Made by a program: the position numbers and the translations under genes. This document shows, one piece after another, positions 31,411 to 42,047 of a stretch of DNA of 64,000 bases. The stretch is from a virus, in the IMG/VR virus record IMGVR_UViG_3300005265_000001, positions 41,898 through 105,897 of that record; one strand, 5' to 3'. The notes beneath the pieces are model-generated. The model did no database searches. It was not told the DNA's origin and worked only from the letters and a program-made list of their open reading frames with translations. Each line of letters opens with the position of its first letter. Position 1 is the first letter of the stretch.

Positions 31411-32517
31411 ATGGAGAAAAACATGAAAAAACTTTTAAAAATTTTTTGGGTATTTATGATTGTAATGAGTGTTGCATTTTTAGGGTGTAAACACCACCAT
31501 GATGATGACAATAATCATCCACCAATTTCGGAAAATCCGGCAAGTTATAATTATGTTGCGACAGAAGTTGGGCACCACCAACCTGGATTTTTCAGTTGTT
31601 ATTGGTTAAACGGTTTGAATATGGGAACATATATGGATTATAATCATAAACATGATATGCAAGCACAGTTTTGTCGATTTGAAAATGGTAGAGTTGTAGT
31701 GAAACGTGTTGTTCATGGAGCCGAAAGTATCTATAATTTAAGAAAAATTGATGATAATTCACTTTTTGCACCTGGGGAACAATCACATTTATTTGGAATG
31801 AAACTTGATGGGTCTTATTGGATTATTCATCCAAAACATTTAAGAATGGGTCATTATCAAGCACAATGGTGGAATCACGATGGAATAGCTGAATGGGTAA
31901 CAACTGAAAAAGATACAATTTCAACCCAAAACAAATCACAAATTTGGATAAATGGAAAGTTGTTATATGAAACTTCTGATTTTACGTGGAAAGAGTTTGT
32001 GATTAAGGGAAATGATTGTTATCTTGCTACTTATTTTATATGGAAACATACAGAAGGTGGGGTTCTTAAAGTTAATTTAAAAACTGGGGAACCTGATTTG
32101 TTGTATTCAGAAAGATGGACTTCATGTTATTGTATTGGATTAAATAAAAAGACAGAAAAAGTTTGGTATGCTTTAGAACATGGAAATTCAAGCACACTTT
32201 GTAAATTACCTCATGATGTTGTTCAAGATATTCCCGCAAAAGCATGGAGATTTAGGTTTATTAAAAAACCGGATCATAGTGACGGAACTTTCTTTTTAAC
32301 AGCGTCAAAAAATGGATGGAGACACGGCGGGCCTTCTTATGTGTATGTTTATAATACTGAAACGGGCGTTTTTGATTTAAAAATTACAATTCCAGAGGGG
32401 GCTTCGGAACCCTGGGATATTTGTGGTTCGGATGATCCAAACGTTTTTTATCTTGTTACAAGGGATGAAAGCAAAGGAAATTTAGGTAAAATTTTCAAAA
32501 TTACACGGTCAAAGTAA
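31411..32517 (+). CDS. Lipoprotein, probable beta-propeller
   Basis: MKKLLKIFWVFMIVMSVAFLG-C lipobox; beta-strand-rich body. Confidence 0.6.
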   Translation: MEKNMKKLLKIFWVFMIVMSVAFLGCKHHHDDDNNHPPISENPASYNYVATEVGHHQPGFFSCYWLNGLNMGTYMDYNHKHDMQAQFCRFENGRVVVKRVVHGAESIYNLRKIDDNSLFAPGEQSHLFGMKLDGSYWIIHPKHLRMGHYQAQWWNHDGIAEWVTTEKDTISTQNKSQIWINGKLLYETSDFTWKEFVIKGNDCYLATYFIWKHTEGGVLKVNLKTGEPDLLYSERWTSCYCIGLNKKTEKVWYALEHGNSSTLCKLPHDVVQDIPAKAWRFRFIKKPDHSDGTFFLTASKNGWRHGGPSYVYVYNTETGVFDLKITIPEGASEPWDICGSDDPNVFYLVTRDESKGNLGKIFKITRSK

Positions 32518-32535
32518 AGGAATAAACACTTTATT

Positions 32536-34698
32536 ATGGGTTGGTTAAGTGGGTTTAAAAATAGGAAATTACATACTATAAACAGTGCTTCCGGTGCTGG
32601 AAACGGATATCAAGTTCTTATAAATGTTAGATATGGGACTGGAACAGACACCGGAAATACTGTTTTTTTAGGGGGAAAATGTAAAGAAGACTTTAGTGAT
32701 ATTAGATTTACTCTATTTGATGGAATTACTCAATTAAGATATAAAATAATTGAAAAAACAAATGGTGATAATGCTAAAGTTTGGGTTCAAATTATTCAAG
32801 ATTTAAGTAATTATGATGTAAATATATATTTATATTATAATAATTCAAATGCTATTGATGTTTCAGATGATGATACTTTTGAAATATATGATGATTTTTC
32901 GGATACAAGTATTTCAATAGAAAAATGGTCATATTGGAATATGATTATTGATAATGGAGTTATTAAATCAACAGATGATTCCGCCAATTTAATTAGTAAA
33001 GAAAATTTAATTAAAAAGGGTCATAATTATTTACTTGAAGCAAAAATGCAATTGGCTGGAAACTATGATTTTGATTTGAATTATTATTATGATTGGAATA
33101 ATAGAATATTTTTGAGACTTAGTAATTATCCTCCTGGAACATCTCAAATATTAAAAAGAATAAACGGAACACAATCTAATCTTGGGAGTGTTGGTCCCAC
33201 TGTAAATTTGAGTGAGTGGTATTTATGTCAAATAGCAAGAATCGGAACAGACTATACGTTTTATGTAAAAAGGTTATCAACATCTGATGATGGTAGTAAT
33301 ACAATTTCCATAACTGATACAGAAGTAAATGATAAGGACCTTAAAGTTGTATTATTACCTTTTAAAACGGGCGATTCTTGTGATTATATATTTTTAAGAA
33401 AATATACAAGTCCAGAACCAACACACGGAAATTGGGGAAATGAAGAAAATGAACCATTTAGATATATAGAAATTGATGAGGGAAATGATAAAAAAATTGG
33501 AACAATTGTAATAAATTCAGATGAACATATTCAAAGAATAACTAAAGCAAAAAATGACATAAAATTTCAAGAAGTTTTGCATGGTTCCAATTTAAATGGA
33601 GCTGAATCGGATTGGATTGAATGTAATGGAATGGAAGAGGTGTATGTAAAAACATATTTTAAAAATAGTTCTGATACAGCTAATATTAGAATTGGATTTT
33701 TGGATTTTTCAGATGAAATAGTATATTCACCTCAATATACAATAAATAATTTGGGTCAAGCGGATAATGGTGATTGGGTTGGTGATTTGAAAATAATAAA
33801 TGTGTCAGGTTATCAAAAAATACAAGTTAAATTAGTAAGTTCGCCTTCAAATGAAATAAGGGTGGAAATTGGGGGAAAACCCAATTCAGTTGATATTTCT
33901 AAAGGACATTATTTTAGAAATACTCAAAATGTAGAATATACAGCACAAACCGATACTTGTTTGAGTAAAGCACCCAATATAAACATGCAAGATAGACCTT
34001 CAGGGGCAAATGTTAAAGGTCTTGGTTATTGTATAACTGGTTATGATTCATCGGCAGGGGAATATACTAAATATTGTAATGAATATAATAAAAATACAGA
34101 TAGTTGGTCCTCTAAAACGCAATGTCCAAGTCCAAGTCGAAATGATGCTTATGCAAGTAATATTTATTCTAAAATTTATATAGTTGGGGGTAGAAATTCG
34201 GCTGGTAGTGGTATTAGTGATAATGATGAATATATTCCAATAACAGATGGTTGGTCCTCTAAGACTAATTATCCACATGCTTTTGCCGGGCCACGATCCG
34301 GGGTTTTGTATAATAAAAGTTATGTCGCTGGGGAAAGTTATTGTGATATGTATGTTCTTGATAGTTGGACAACAAAAACAAACAGACCCGTAAATGAGGT
34401 TATGTGTGGGTGTTTTGTATTAACACACTCAAAGCTATATTTAGCGGGGGGATACCATTATACAAGTAGGCATGACGAATACACACCTGATACATGGGTA
34501 AATAAAACCGATTTACCTACACCCGCACGTGGTATTATGGACGGAACAACAATTCAAAATAAAGGGTATGTTTTGGGGGGTTATACTGGTTCAACAGAAG
34601 CTCACGATGTAGATGAATATGATTCAGTTACTAATTCATGGGTATCAAAAAATGATTGCGCTTCTTTTGGGGCTTCAAATACAGTTATAACATTATAG
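32536..34698 (+). CDS. DUF2341-like + shared adaptor + Kelch propeller virion protein
   Basis: DFSDIRFT..VWV..IYLYYNN..FEIYDDF at the N-terminus; YIEIDEGNDKKIGT adaptor; Kelch C-terminus. Confidence 0.75.
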   Translation: MGWLSGFKNRKLHTINSASGAGNGYQVLINVRYGTGTDTGNTVFLGGKCKEDFSDIRFTLFDGITQLRYKIIEKTNGDNAKVWVQIIQDLSNYDVNIYLYYNNSNAIDVSDDDTFEIYDDFSDTSISIEKWSYWNMIIDNGVIKSTDDSANLISKENLIKKGHNYLLEAKMQLAGNYDFDLNYYYDWNNRIFLRLSNYPPGTSQILKRINGTQSNLGSVGPTVNLSEWYLCQIARIGTDYTFYVKRLSTSDDGSNTISITDTEVNDKDLKVVLLPFKTGDSCDYIFLRKYTSPEPTHGNWGNEENEPFRYIEIDEGNDKKIGTIVINSDEHIQRITKAKNDIKFQEVLHGSNLNGAESDWIECNGMEEVYVKTYFKNSSDTANIRIGFLDFSDEIVYSPQYTINNLGQADNGDWVGDLKIINVSGYQKIQVKLVSSPSNEIRVEIGGKPNSVDISKGHYFRNTQNVEYTAQTDTCLSKAPNINMQDRPSGANVKGLGYCITGYDSSAGEYTKYCNEYNKNTDSWSSKTQCPSPSRNDAYASNIYSKIYIVGGRNSAGSGISDNDEYIPITDGWSSKTNYPHAFAGPRSGVLYNKSYVAGESYCDMYVLDSWTTKTNRPVNEVMCGCFVLTHSKLYLAGGYHYTSRHDEYTPDTWVNKTDLPTPARGIMDGTTIQNKGYVLGGYTGSTEAHDVDEYDSVTNSWVSKNDCASFGASNTVITL

Positions 34699-34707
34699 GT
34701 GTTTATT

Positions 34708-36021
34708 ATGAAATATATAACAATTAATAGTGGAACCGATAAAAAAGTTGCAACATTTAGAGTAGATGAAGAAGTTCATTTACAACGGTTATTATTTGAT
34801 AATGCTCCAATTTATTTAACAAATTTAACATATTCAAATGATAAAATTGGGCAAGCACTTATAAGTAAAAAAGTAGATTGCCGAAATTTGAAATATGTTA
34901 TTTTTAAAGTATTATTTCCTAATACCACAGATGTTTGTGATGTTGTAATTTCATTATATAACAATAATCTTGAAAAAACCACTTATCAAACCGTTTCACT
35001 TGGAAATACTGGATATTATGATTCTGATTTAAAAATGTATGATAGTGAAATGGTTATTGTGGATGTAAAGGATTTTGATTTTGCTATTTTTAAAATTAAA
35101 ACTGATATTGTAAATGAAGTTGAAATTATGGGTGGGGGAAGTAAAAATCAAGAAAGTTTTAACGGTTATGTATTTGGAGGTGGAACTGTTAATGATGCCA
35201 ATATTGATATAAAATGGTATCAACAATATTTTGTATCAGCAGATAGTTGGATTACAAAACATAATATACCTTCAACCCATTTTTCTTTTCCTTTGGATGG
35301 GCAATTTGTTTTGGGAATAGATTTTACAACATTTGTTTTGAGTCCTGAACTTGATATGTTTTTTTATAAAACGGCTATGCCAAGTCCCGCCAGGCATTGT
35401 GTAGATGGAATGGAAATTAAAAATAATGGATTTGTAGTTGGGGGAAATGCTGGTATTGGGGCGGGATGGAATGTTATGTGTAAAGATACTGATAGTTATA
35501 TTTTGGGATTGGATAGTTGGAGTGGTAGAACAGATATAAATAGTCCCGAAAGAAGATTATATGGGGCCACAAGCATTGGAAATAAAGGTTATATTATTTG
35601 TGGTCAAGCACCGTCTGGGTTTTTGAGAGATATGGAAGAATATCAAATTGATTTTTGGACAAGTAAACTTGATAAACCTTCTCCCAATGTAATTTCTAAT
35701 CATGGAGCCGGACAAATAAAAGATAAAGCCTATTTAATTGGTGGATATATGTGGGATACGGAAGTGTATAAAGATATTTATGAATTTGATCCAAGTGGAA
35801 ATACATGGACTAAAAAAACAGATATGTTAAGTCCCGCAAGAACTTCTCACGCCACAATTTCATTAAATAATGGAATTTATTTGGTTTATGGTTCAGATGG
35901 CACAAAAATTACAAATGGAAATTATTATAATCAAACAGAATTTTATCAAAATGATACTTGGGTTTCCAAGGCCGATGCTCCGTTGCCGTTAAGGTGTCAA
36001 TCCTTTGGAGATGTTTTATGA
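34708..36021 (+). CDS. Adaptor + Kelch propeller protein
   Basis: MKYITINSGTDKKVAT start after an AGGTG SD; six Kelch blades. Confidence 0.8.
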   Translation: MKYITINSGTDKKVATFRVDEEVHLQRLLFDNAPIYLTNLTYSNDKIGQALISKKVDCRNLKYVIFKVLFPNTTDVCDVVISLYNNNLEKTTYQTVSLGNTGYYDSDLKMYDSEMVIVDVKDFDFAIFKIKTDIVNEVEIMGGGSKNQESFNGYVFGGGTVNDANIDIKWYQQYFVSADSWITKHNIPSTHFSFPLDGQFVLGIDFTTFVLSPELDMFFYKTAMPSPARHCVDGMEIKNNGFVVGGNAGIGAGWNVMCKDTDSYILGLDSWSGRTDINSPERRLYGATSIGNKGYIICGQAPSGFLRDMEEYQIDFWTSKLDKPSPNVISNHGAGQIKDKAYLIGGYMWDTEVYKDIYEFDPSGNTWTKKTDMLSPARTSHATISLNNGIYLVYGSDGTKITNGNYYNQTEFYQNDTWVSKADAPLPLRCQSFGDVL

Positions 36022-38321
36022 AAAACTGGTTTAATGATAATTGTAAATATGAACGAAAAATAACAATAGATCACAGTAAAGTATCGGGAGATTTTTTCTT
36101 TTTTCCTTTCATACTCAAACTTGATTCCAATAATTTTGATTTTTCAAAGACAAAAACAGACGGTTCAGATATATGTTTTTCTAATTCAACCAAAGAGGTA
36201 TGGTTATTTTTTCAAAAAGTTGTATATGATGTTACAAATGAAATAGGAATTTTTATTATAAATATTCCAAAATTAGATAGTGTAAATGATTTAGATATTT
36301 TTATGTATTATGGGAACGATAATCCTGTTTATCCACCTATTGATACTAATAAACTTAATTCGTATTATCATATACATTTTCCGTGTATGGATTATTCCAC
36401 AACTTCAATAAAAGATATTTTTACAAATGAAATAATAGCAACAAAAAATGATTCAAGTCATGTTTATGAAGATGATGGATTTTTATATAAATCTCAATAT
36501 TTTGATGGAAGTGGATTAGCATTGTTTGATAATCCTGACCCATTAAAAAAATCTAAATTTACTATTGAAATGTTAATAAAAATACCTGATACACCAAACA
36601 ATAATGCGTGTATAATTTCATGTGGTAGATGTGATACTGGGGGATGGTCTGTTAGAACTCAAAGTGATAAAAAAATTAAATTTAATTGGTATGATGGAAA
36701 TCAACACAATTTATATAGTTCTCCTATCACTTCTAATGAATGGCATTATATTACTTTTGTTTTAGATGGTTCAAATGCAATAGGATACATTGATGGTGTT
36801 CCGTCAGTAACGTCAGTTGCCGCAGATATAACATACGATACAAATTATCCTGATATTCAATTTGGAAAAATATTTTATTGGTCGGACCCATATTATAAAG
36901 GTCATTTAGAAATGTTTCGATTTTCTTTTTATCCACGAAGTTCTAATTATGTTTTACAAGTTTATAATAATTTATTTGGAAATATGGTTCAGATAGGCAA
37001 TGAAAATGAATATCCTACTAAGATTTATATTAAAAGAGATGAAGGAATAAATGATAAAATAGGAATATTTGAAAAAAATACAAATCAGTTAATTCAAAAA
37101 TTTCAATATTTTTGGCCTAATATACAATTTACAGAAATTATGGAAGAAACAAATGTAATAAAATCTCAATCCCAATGGGTCAATTGCGATGGTCTTGAAA
37201 ATTTATTTATAAAATCCTTGTTTTCTGATTTATCTGATACAAGTGTAGATATTAGAATTGTGGTAAAAGATTATAATAATTATTGGTCTTATAGCAAAAA
37301 ATATACAATAACAAATACGGGTATTTTAGATACAAATAGCCCGTATTATTTGGGTGAATTATTTAAGTTTAATGTGAGCGCAATTAAAGATTTTGGAATA
37401 AGATTAGAATCAAGTCCAAGTGGAAATATAAAATTTGAGGTTGGGATTGACAATATATCACGATCTTTTGGAATAAATGGAGAAGAAATAGGATTATTTT
37501 TTGGGGCCGTTGCTACTTCTTATGATTATACAACAAATAGTTTTAAAAATTTAATGGAAAATACAACAAATATAAACGCTACGTCCCCCGGAGCCGGAAG
37601 AGATGGAGATAAAAATATAGTGGCTGGATATGCAACATCATGGAACGGAAATTATGAAGCACGTGTAAATTTATATAATTCCAAATTAAATATTTGGGTT
37701 GTTAGAAACAATTTTCCTCCTCCCGCAAGAAGTTTTTTTGGTTTTACAACTAAAGTTTTAAATGGAAAATTGTATTTAACGGGTGGTTATTATTATACAG
37801 GAAGTTCAAGTGATTGTATAGAAAATTCTATTATTTCAGATGTATGGGTTTCAAAAGCTAATATACCAGAAATAAAAAATGCTCACACAAATGCGCTTGT
37901 GAATGGAAAGATATATAATATTGCGGGAAGTGATAGCACCAAAAGTTCAGGTTTTCATGTATATGAATATACTCCAACTTCGGACACATGGGCAAATAAA
38001 ACAAATATGCCACAGGGACGAAAGGAAGCGGATGGAAGTGAAATAAATGATAAAATATATATTTCGGGAGGAAGAGATCAAGATGCTGGGGTTCTTTTAA
38101 AAGATAATTATGAATATATTCCCTCTGGGGATACATGGAACAATAAAACTGATATGCCAAGTCCAGAAAGAAGTCAAGTTCGTTCTATGCCGTTAAATAA
38201 CAAACATTATACGTTTTCGGGGCAATATTTGGCTATTTACAATCCAACAGATGATACCTGGGTTCAAAGTATGGATATAGCAACCAATAAATATTATATT
38301 GGGGTTGCAAATACGCCATAA
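36018..38321 (+). CDS. DUF2341-like + LamG/ConA + adaptor + Kelch propeller protein
   Basis: Start reassigned to the ATG overlapping the upstream TGA; DGSDI.F..MYYGN, WHYITFVLDG...YIDG, then adaptor and Kelch. Confidence 0.75.
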   Translation: MKNWFNDNCKYERKITIDHSKVSGDFFFFPFILKLDSNNFDFSKTKTDGSDICFSNSTKEVWLFFQKVVYDVTNEIGIFIINIPKLDSVNDLDIFMYYGNDNPVYPPIDTNKLNSYYHIHFPCMDYSTTSIKDIFTNEIIATKNDSSHVYEDDGFLYKSQYFDGSGLALFDNPDPLKKSKFTIEMLIKIPDTPNNNACIISCGRCDTGGWSVRTQSDKKIKFNWYDGNQHNLYSSPITSNEWHYITFVLDGSNAIGYIDGVPSVTSVAADITYDTNYPDIQFGKIFYWSDPYYKGHLEMFRFSFYPRSSNYVLQVYNNLFGNMVQIGNENEYPTKIYIKRDEGINDKIGIFEKNTNQLIQKFQYFWPNIQFTEIMEETNVIKSQSQWVNCDGLENLFIKSLFSDLSDTSVDIRIVVKDYNNYWSYSKKYTITNTGILDTNSPYYLGELFKFNVSAIKDFGIRLESSPSGNIKFEVGIDNISRSFGINGEEIGLFFGAVATSYDYTTNSFKNLMENTTNINATSPGAGRDGDKNIVAGYATSWNGNYEARVNLYNSKLNIWVVRNNFPPPARSFFGFTTKVLNGKLYLTGGYYYTGSSSDCIENSIISDVWVSKANIPEIKNAHTNALVNGKIYNIAGSDSTKSSGFHVYEYTPTSDTWANKTNMPQGRKEADGSEINDKIYISGGRDQDAGVLLKDNYEYIPSGDTWNNKTDMPSPERSQVRSMPLNNKHYTFSGQYLAIYNPTDDTWVQSMDIATNKYYIGVANTP

Positions 38322-38333
38322 AATGAGGTAAAA

Positions 38334-39635
38334 ATGGGTTTTGTTACAATAAATGAAGGCATAAATAAATCAATCGGAACAAATTCTAAAGATTTATTAT
38401 ATATTCAAAGATTTATAAGAGATACCTATAAACCAACTTTAGAAAATATGTTAGATTCAACTAACTTAAATGGGGCTGAATCTTTTGTAATGAATTGTTC
38501 TGAATATGATATGGTGTTTTTTAAAGTTTTGTTTAGTGTTTCAAATGCAAGCGCAAAATTTAGAATTAAATTGTATGATTTAAATGATGTTTATATTTAT
38601 AGTGAACAATATACAATAAGTTCAACTGGAATTTTAGAAGATAGTTTATATGTGGGTGAATTATTAGTGGCTGATGTTAGAGGGTTTAATAAAGTTGCTA
38701 TTAGATTAGATTCTGATATTACAAATGGGGGAAATGTTAAAATTTTGGGGGGTGGAATGGGAAATGATGTAATTGTGGATAAGGGATATATAATTTATGG
38801 AAAAGATTCATCCGTTGGACTTAGGGATACAGATGAATATAATAATCAAACAGATTCATGGGCATCTAAAACAGATGGATTAAGTCCTGAACGGTGGTCG
38901 GTGGGATCTGTTAAGATTTTAAATAAAGGATATGGAAATTATGGAAGAGATTCATCTGTTGGACTTAGGGATACAGATGAATATAATAATCAAACAGATT
39001 CATGGGCATCTAAAACAGATGGATTAAGTCCTGCCCGAATAATATTTCCTGCTAATACTATTTTAAATAAGGGATATATGTATGGTGGAAGCCCAATAGA
39101 TTATTCTACTTATTATAAAGATGTAGATGAGTATAATCCAGATACATGGGTTTCAAAAATGGATATGCTTTCTCCCGCAAAAAATGGAATATTTAGCACA
39201 ACTATAATGTTGCAAAATAAAGGGTATATTGCTTATGGAACGGCCAGTGGTATTGGGGGAGTTAAAACTAACTATGAATATAATCCCGATACATGGGTAA
39301 TTAAATCTGAAGCTATATCTCCTATAAGAAGTTTATGCGCAACTAATTCTGTAATAAATAAAGGATATATTACGGGGGGATGGGATGATAATCAAAATTT
39401 ATTACAAGATACAGATGAATATAATAATCAAACAGATTCATGGGTTTCTAAAACAAATTCACTATCCCCACCCCGGCGAGATGCGGGTTTATTTCCCCTT
39501 TTAAATAAAATATATTTTGTTGTTGGGGGGGATGGCACAAATTATTATAAAGATATAGATGAGTATAATCCAGATACATGGGTTTCAAAAATGGATATTA
39601 TCAGCCCCGCAAGATGGGTAATTGGAACAATATAA
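38334..39635 (+). CDS. Adaptor + Kelch propeller protein with duplicated blades
   Basis: MGFVTINEGINKSIGT start; blades near-identical at the DNA level. Confidence 0.8.
   Translation: MGFVTINEGINKSIGTNSKDLLYIQRFIRDTYKPTLENMLDSTNLNGAESFVMNCSEYDMVFFKVLFSVSNASAKFRIKLYDLNDVYIYSEQYTISSTGILEDSLYVGELLVADVRGFNKVAIRLDSDITNGGNVKILGGGMGNDVIVDKGYIIYGKDSSVGLRDTDEYNNQTDSWASKTDGLSPERWSVGSVKILNKGYGNYGRDSSVGLRDTDEYNNQTDSWASKTDGLSPARIIFPANTILNKGYMYGGSPIDYSTYYKDVDEYNPDTWVSKMDMLSPAKNGIFSTTIMLQNKGYIAYGTASGIGGVKTNYEYNPDTWVIKSEAISPIRSLCATNSVINKGYITGGWDDNQNLLQDTDEYNNQTDSWVSKTNSLSPPRRDAGLFPLLNKIYFVVGGDGTNYYKDIDEYNPDTWVSKMDIISPARWVIGTI
38796..39033 (+). repeat. ~94-bp direct repeat at 144-bp spacing (Kelch blade duplication)
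   Basis: 38796-38889 versus 38940-39033, 2 mismatches by eye. Confidence 0.85.
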
Positions 39636-40212
39636 AAATATTGGGGGTTTACAAGTGTATAAACTAAAAACAAATTATATTCAACCTATTTATGAAACAA
39701 ATGAAGTAAAAGAATCAAACATTTTAAAGGTTAGATATCAATTAAATTTTTCACCTTGGGATGGACCGGCATGTTTTTTTCTTGGGGCGTTGGAACCAGA
39801 AGTTTTTAATTATTTGAAGGATAAAGATGTGGTTGATGCCGAAATTGTTGAAATTTATGGTGAATTTCCATATAGAATTGACAGTTATGAATTAAATCAA
39901 AAACTTCCAATGAAAGAAGTTATACCTGAAATTGTATATAAACCCAATTGGAACGAAGATAATTTTTTTACACGGTTGGAAAAATCAATTAAAGAAGATG
40001 GATTAAAACACCCAATTCCCGTTTGTATTTTTGATGAGGATTTTGTATGGTGTGGTAAGGAATATAAAAAAGATGTTCCTTATATGGGGAATATAGGAAA
40101 TTCAAGATATGCGGTTTTTAAACACATGAGAAAACGAAAATTACCTGTAAATATATGGTATTTTTCCAAAACAAACAAAAGAGTTTTATTAGATTTAGCG
40201 AGGGTAGAATAA
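39622..40212 (+). CDS. ParB/sulfiredoxin-like domain protein
   Basis: LEKSIKEDGLKHPI...IGNSRYAV...LPV. Confidence 0.5.
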   Translation: MEQYKNIGGLQVYKLKTNYIQPIYETNEVKESNILKVRYQLNFSPWDGPACFFLGALEPEVFNYLKDKDVVDAEIVEIYGEFPYRIDSYELNQKLPMKEVIPEIVYKPNWNEDNFFTRLEKSIKEDGLKHPIPVCIFDEDFVWCGKEYKKDVPYMGNIGNSRYAVFKHMRKRKLPVNIWYFSKTNKRVLLDLARVE

Positions 40213-40676
40213 TGAAAAAAATAATTGTGTTTATATGTATGATTTTATTGGTTTTCACTTCAAATCTATATGGAAAACAAGATATTGATTATTTAATTAC
40301 AAACATAAACAAAAATACTGAAATAATTGCAAAAACCCATGACCCAAAATTATTATTACAAAATTATAACATGATTGCGGATGCCATTGCATTAGATTGT
40401 GATATGATTACAAAAAGTTGCACTTGCAATGATTGTATTAGGCAATGTCAAATGGCCGTTACAATAAATAAAGATTTAATAGATTCTATTGATAGGTTAT
40501 TAGAAATTTTGGAAAATATAGATAAAACTGAATCACCTGAACTTGGATCATTATATTTGAAAATTCAGGATTCTAAAAAAATTATATTAGGATGCCGACG
40601 GAGGGGGATAGTAAAATTACTTTATCAACCCAAAATTCCACAATTTCATGATATAGAACCGGCAAGTGCCTATTAA
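40212..40676 (+). CDS. Exported helical hypothetical protein
   Basis: Signal peptide MKKIIVFICMILLVFTSNLYG from ATG 40212; several Cys. Confidence 0.55.
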   Translation: MKKIIVFICMILLVFTSNLYGKQDIDYLITNINKNTEIIAKTHDPKLLLQNYNMIADAIALDCDMITKSCTCNDCIRQCQMAVTINKDLIDSIDRLLEILENIDKTESPELGSLYLKIQDSKKIILGCRRRGIVKLLYQPKIPQFHDIEPASAY

Positions 40677-40712
40677 ATTATTAACAAAACGATTTTGGAA
40701 AGCAATTAAACA

Positions 40713-41984
40713 ATGTCATATATTACTATAAGAGAAGGAACCGATAAAAAAATAGCAACTTTGGAAATTACAGAAGGTTCAGATGTAATACATATCCAAA
40801 GAATTGCTATTGATGTCTTTAATGTATATTTTGCAAATATTTTGGACCCAATTAAATTAAATGGGGCTGAATCCTTCAAAATATCTTGTGGTGATATTCC
40901 CTTTGTTAAAATAAAAGTTGGATTTGCGTCAAGTTCTGATTCTGATATTGATATTGGAGTTAAATTAGCTAATAATAATGGGGTTAGTATTGCAAAAAAA
41001 ATAAATGTGAATAATACTGGTATTTTAGACCCAAACCATAATTATTATATTAGTGAAGAAGTTAGTATTGACACACTTGGATTTGATAATGTAGAAGTTA
41101 TTTTATTAAGTTCTCCAACTGGTAATGTCAGAATGTGGGGGGGTGGGGAAAAAATAGATGTAACACGTGGATATGTTTTTGGTGGTGTTGATAATAATTG
41201 GGCGCAATATAATACAAATATTGAATATAGTCATGATTTGAATACATATACTTTTAAATTAAATATTCCGGTGGCGTGTGGTTATCATTCTTCTGCCAGT
41301 TATTTGTTTAAAGGATATGTTTTGGGGGGTATTGGGTTAAATAAAAATTATGTATATGATAAAAAATCAGAAACATGGTTATCTATTGCAAATATACCCT
41401 CTCCTGATAAACGCTATTCTTGGGCAAATAATGTGGGGGGGAAATTATATTTATTATATGGAAAAGACGGTTCTAATAATTATTTAAAGTCTAATTATGA
41501 ATATAACACACAAAATGATACGTGGGTTATAAAAACAGAAGGGCCAAGCCCCGGAAGGGCTGGATTGGCGGGATTTGTTCTTAATTATTATAATTATGCT
41601 ATTGGTGGTGGAACGTCTTCTGCTGTTTATGTTGATAATGATAGATATGATTATAAAACAAATTCTTGGGTATCAAAAACTAATTATCCAAGAGGAAGTT
41701 CTTCAAGATATTTTTCTGGTAGAACTATTATAAATAAAGGATATACCGTTGCTTATACAAATTATACGGATGAATATATAGATGATGTTTGGATAAATAA
41801 AACTAATTTTCCCCCACCAAACAGGGGCCACCAAAAATCATTTTCAATAGGAAACAAGTTCTATCAAATTTATGGTGATGGGGTTAGGGATTGTGATGAA
41901 TTTAATCCCCAAACTAATACATGGGCAAATAAAGCCGATGCTCCAAGCCCCGCTTTAAAAGATTCACAGGCAACACAAATTTAA
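40713..41984 (+). CDS. Adaptor + Kelch propeller protein
   Basis: MSYITIREGTDKKIAT..LNGAES..NTGILD, then six blades. Confidence 0.8.
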   Translation: MSYITIREGTDKKIATLEITEGSDVIHIQRIAIDVFNVYFANILDPIKLNGAESFKISCGDIPFVKIKVGFASSSDSDIDIGVKLANNNGVSIAKKINVNNTGILDPNHNYYISEEVSIDTLGFDNVEVILLSSPTGNVRMWGGGEKIDVTRGYVFGGVDNNWAQYNTNIEYSHDLNTYTFKLNIPVACGYHSSASYLFKGYVLGGIGLNKNYVYDKKSETWLSIANIPSPDKRYSWANNVGGKLYLLYGKDGSNNYLKSNYEYNTQNDTWVIKTEGPSPGRAGLAGFVLNYYNYAIGGGTSSAVYVDNDRYDYKTNSWVSKTNYPRGSSSRYFSGRTIINKGYTVAYTNYTDEYIDDVWINKTNFPPPNRGHQKSFSIGNKFYQIYGDGVRDCDEFNPQTNTWANKADAPSPALKDSQATQI

Positions 41985-42047
41985 ACCATAGAAATTAAAT
42001 TATATTATTTAACGTAACATATTTAACCATTTTGGAGGTAAATTAAA

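Noticed and set aside
2002-35598. Additional TTATATTATT matches near 2002, 22844 and 35589 as promoters
   Set aside because: They are intragenic and lack the first T; some chance matches are expected in such AT-rich DNA.
38796-39598. Diversity-generating retroelement TR/VR pair
   Set aside because: The repeats are in-frame within one gene, the mismatches are not confined to adenines, and no reverse transcriptase is present in the window.
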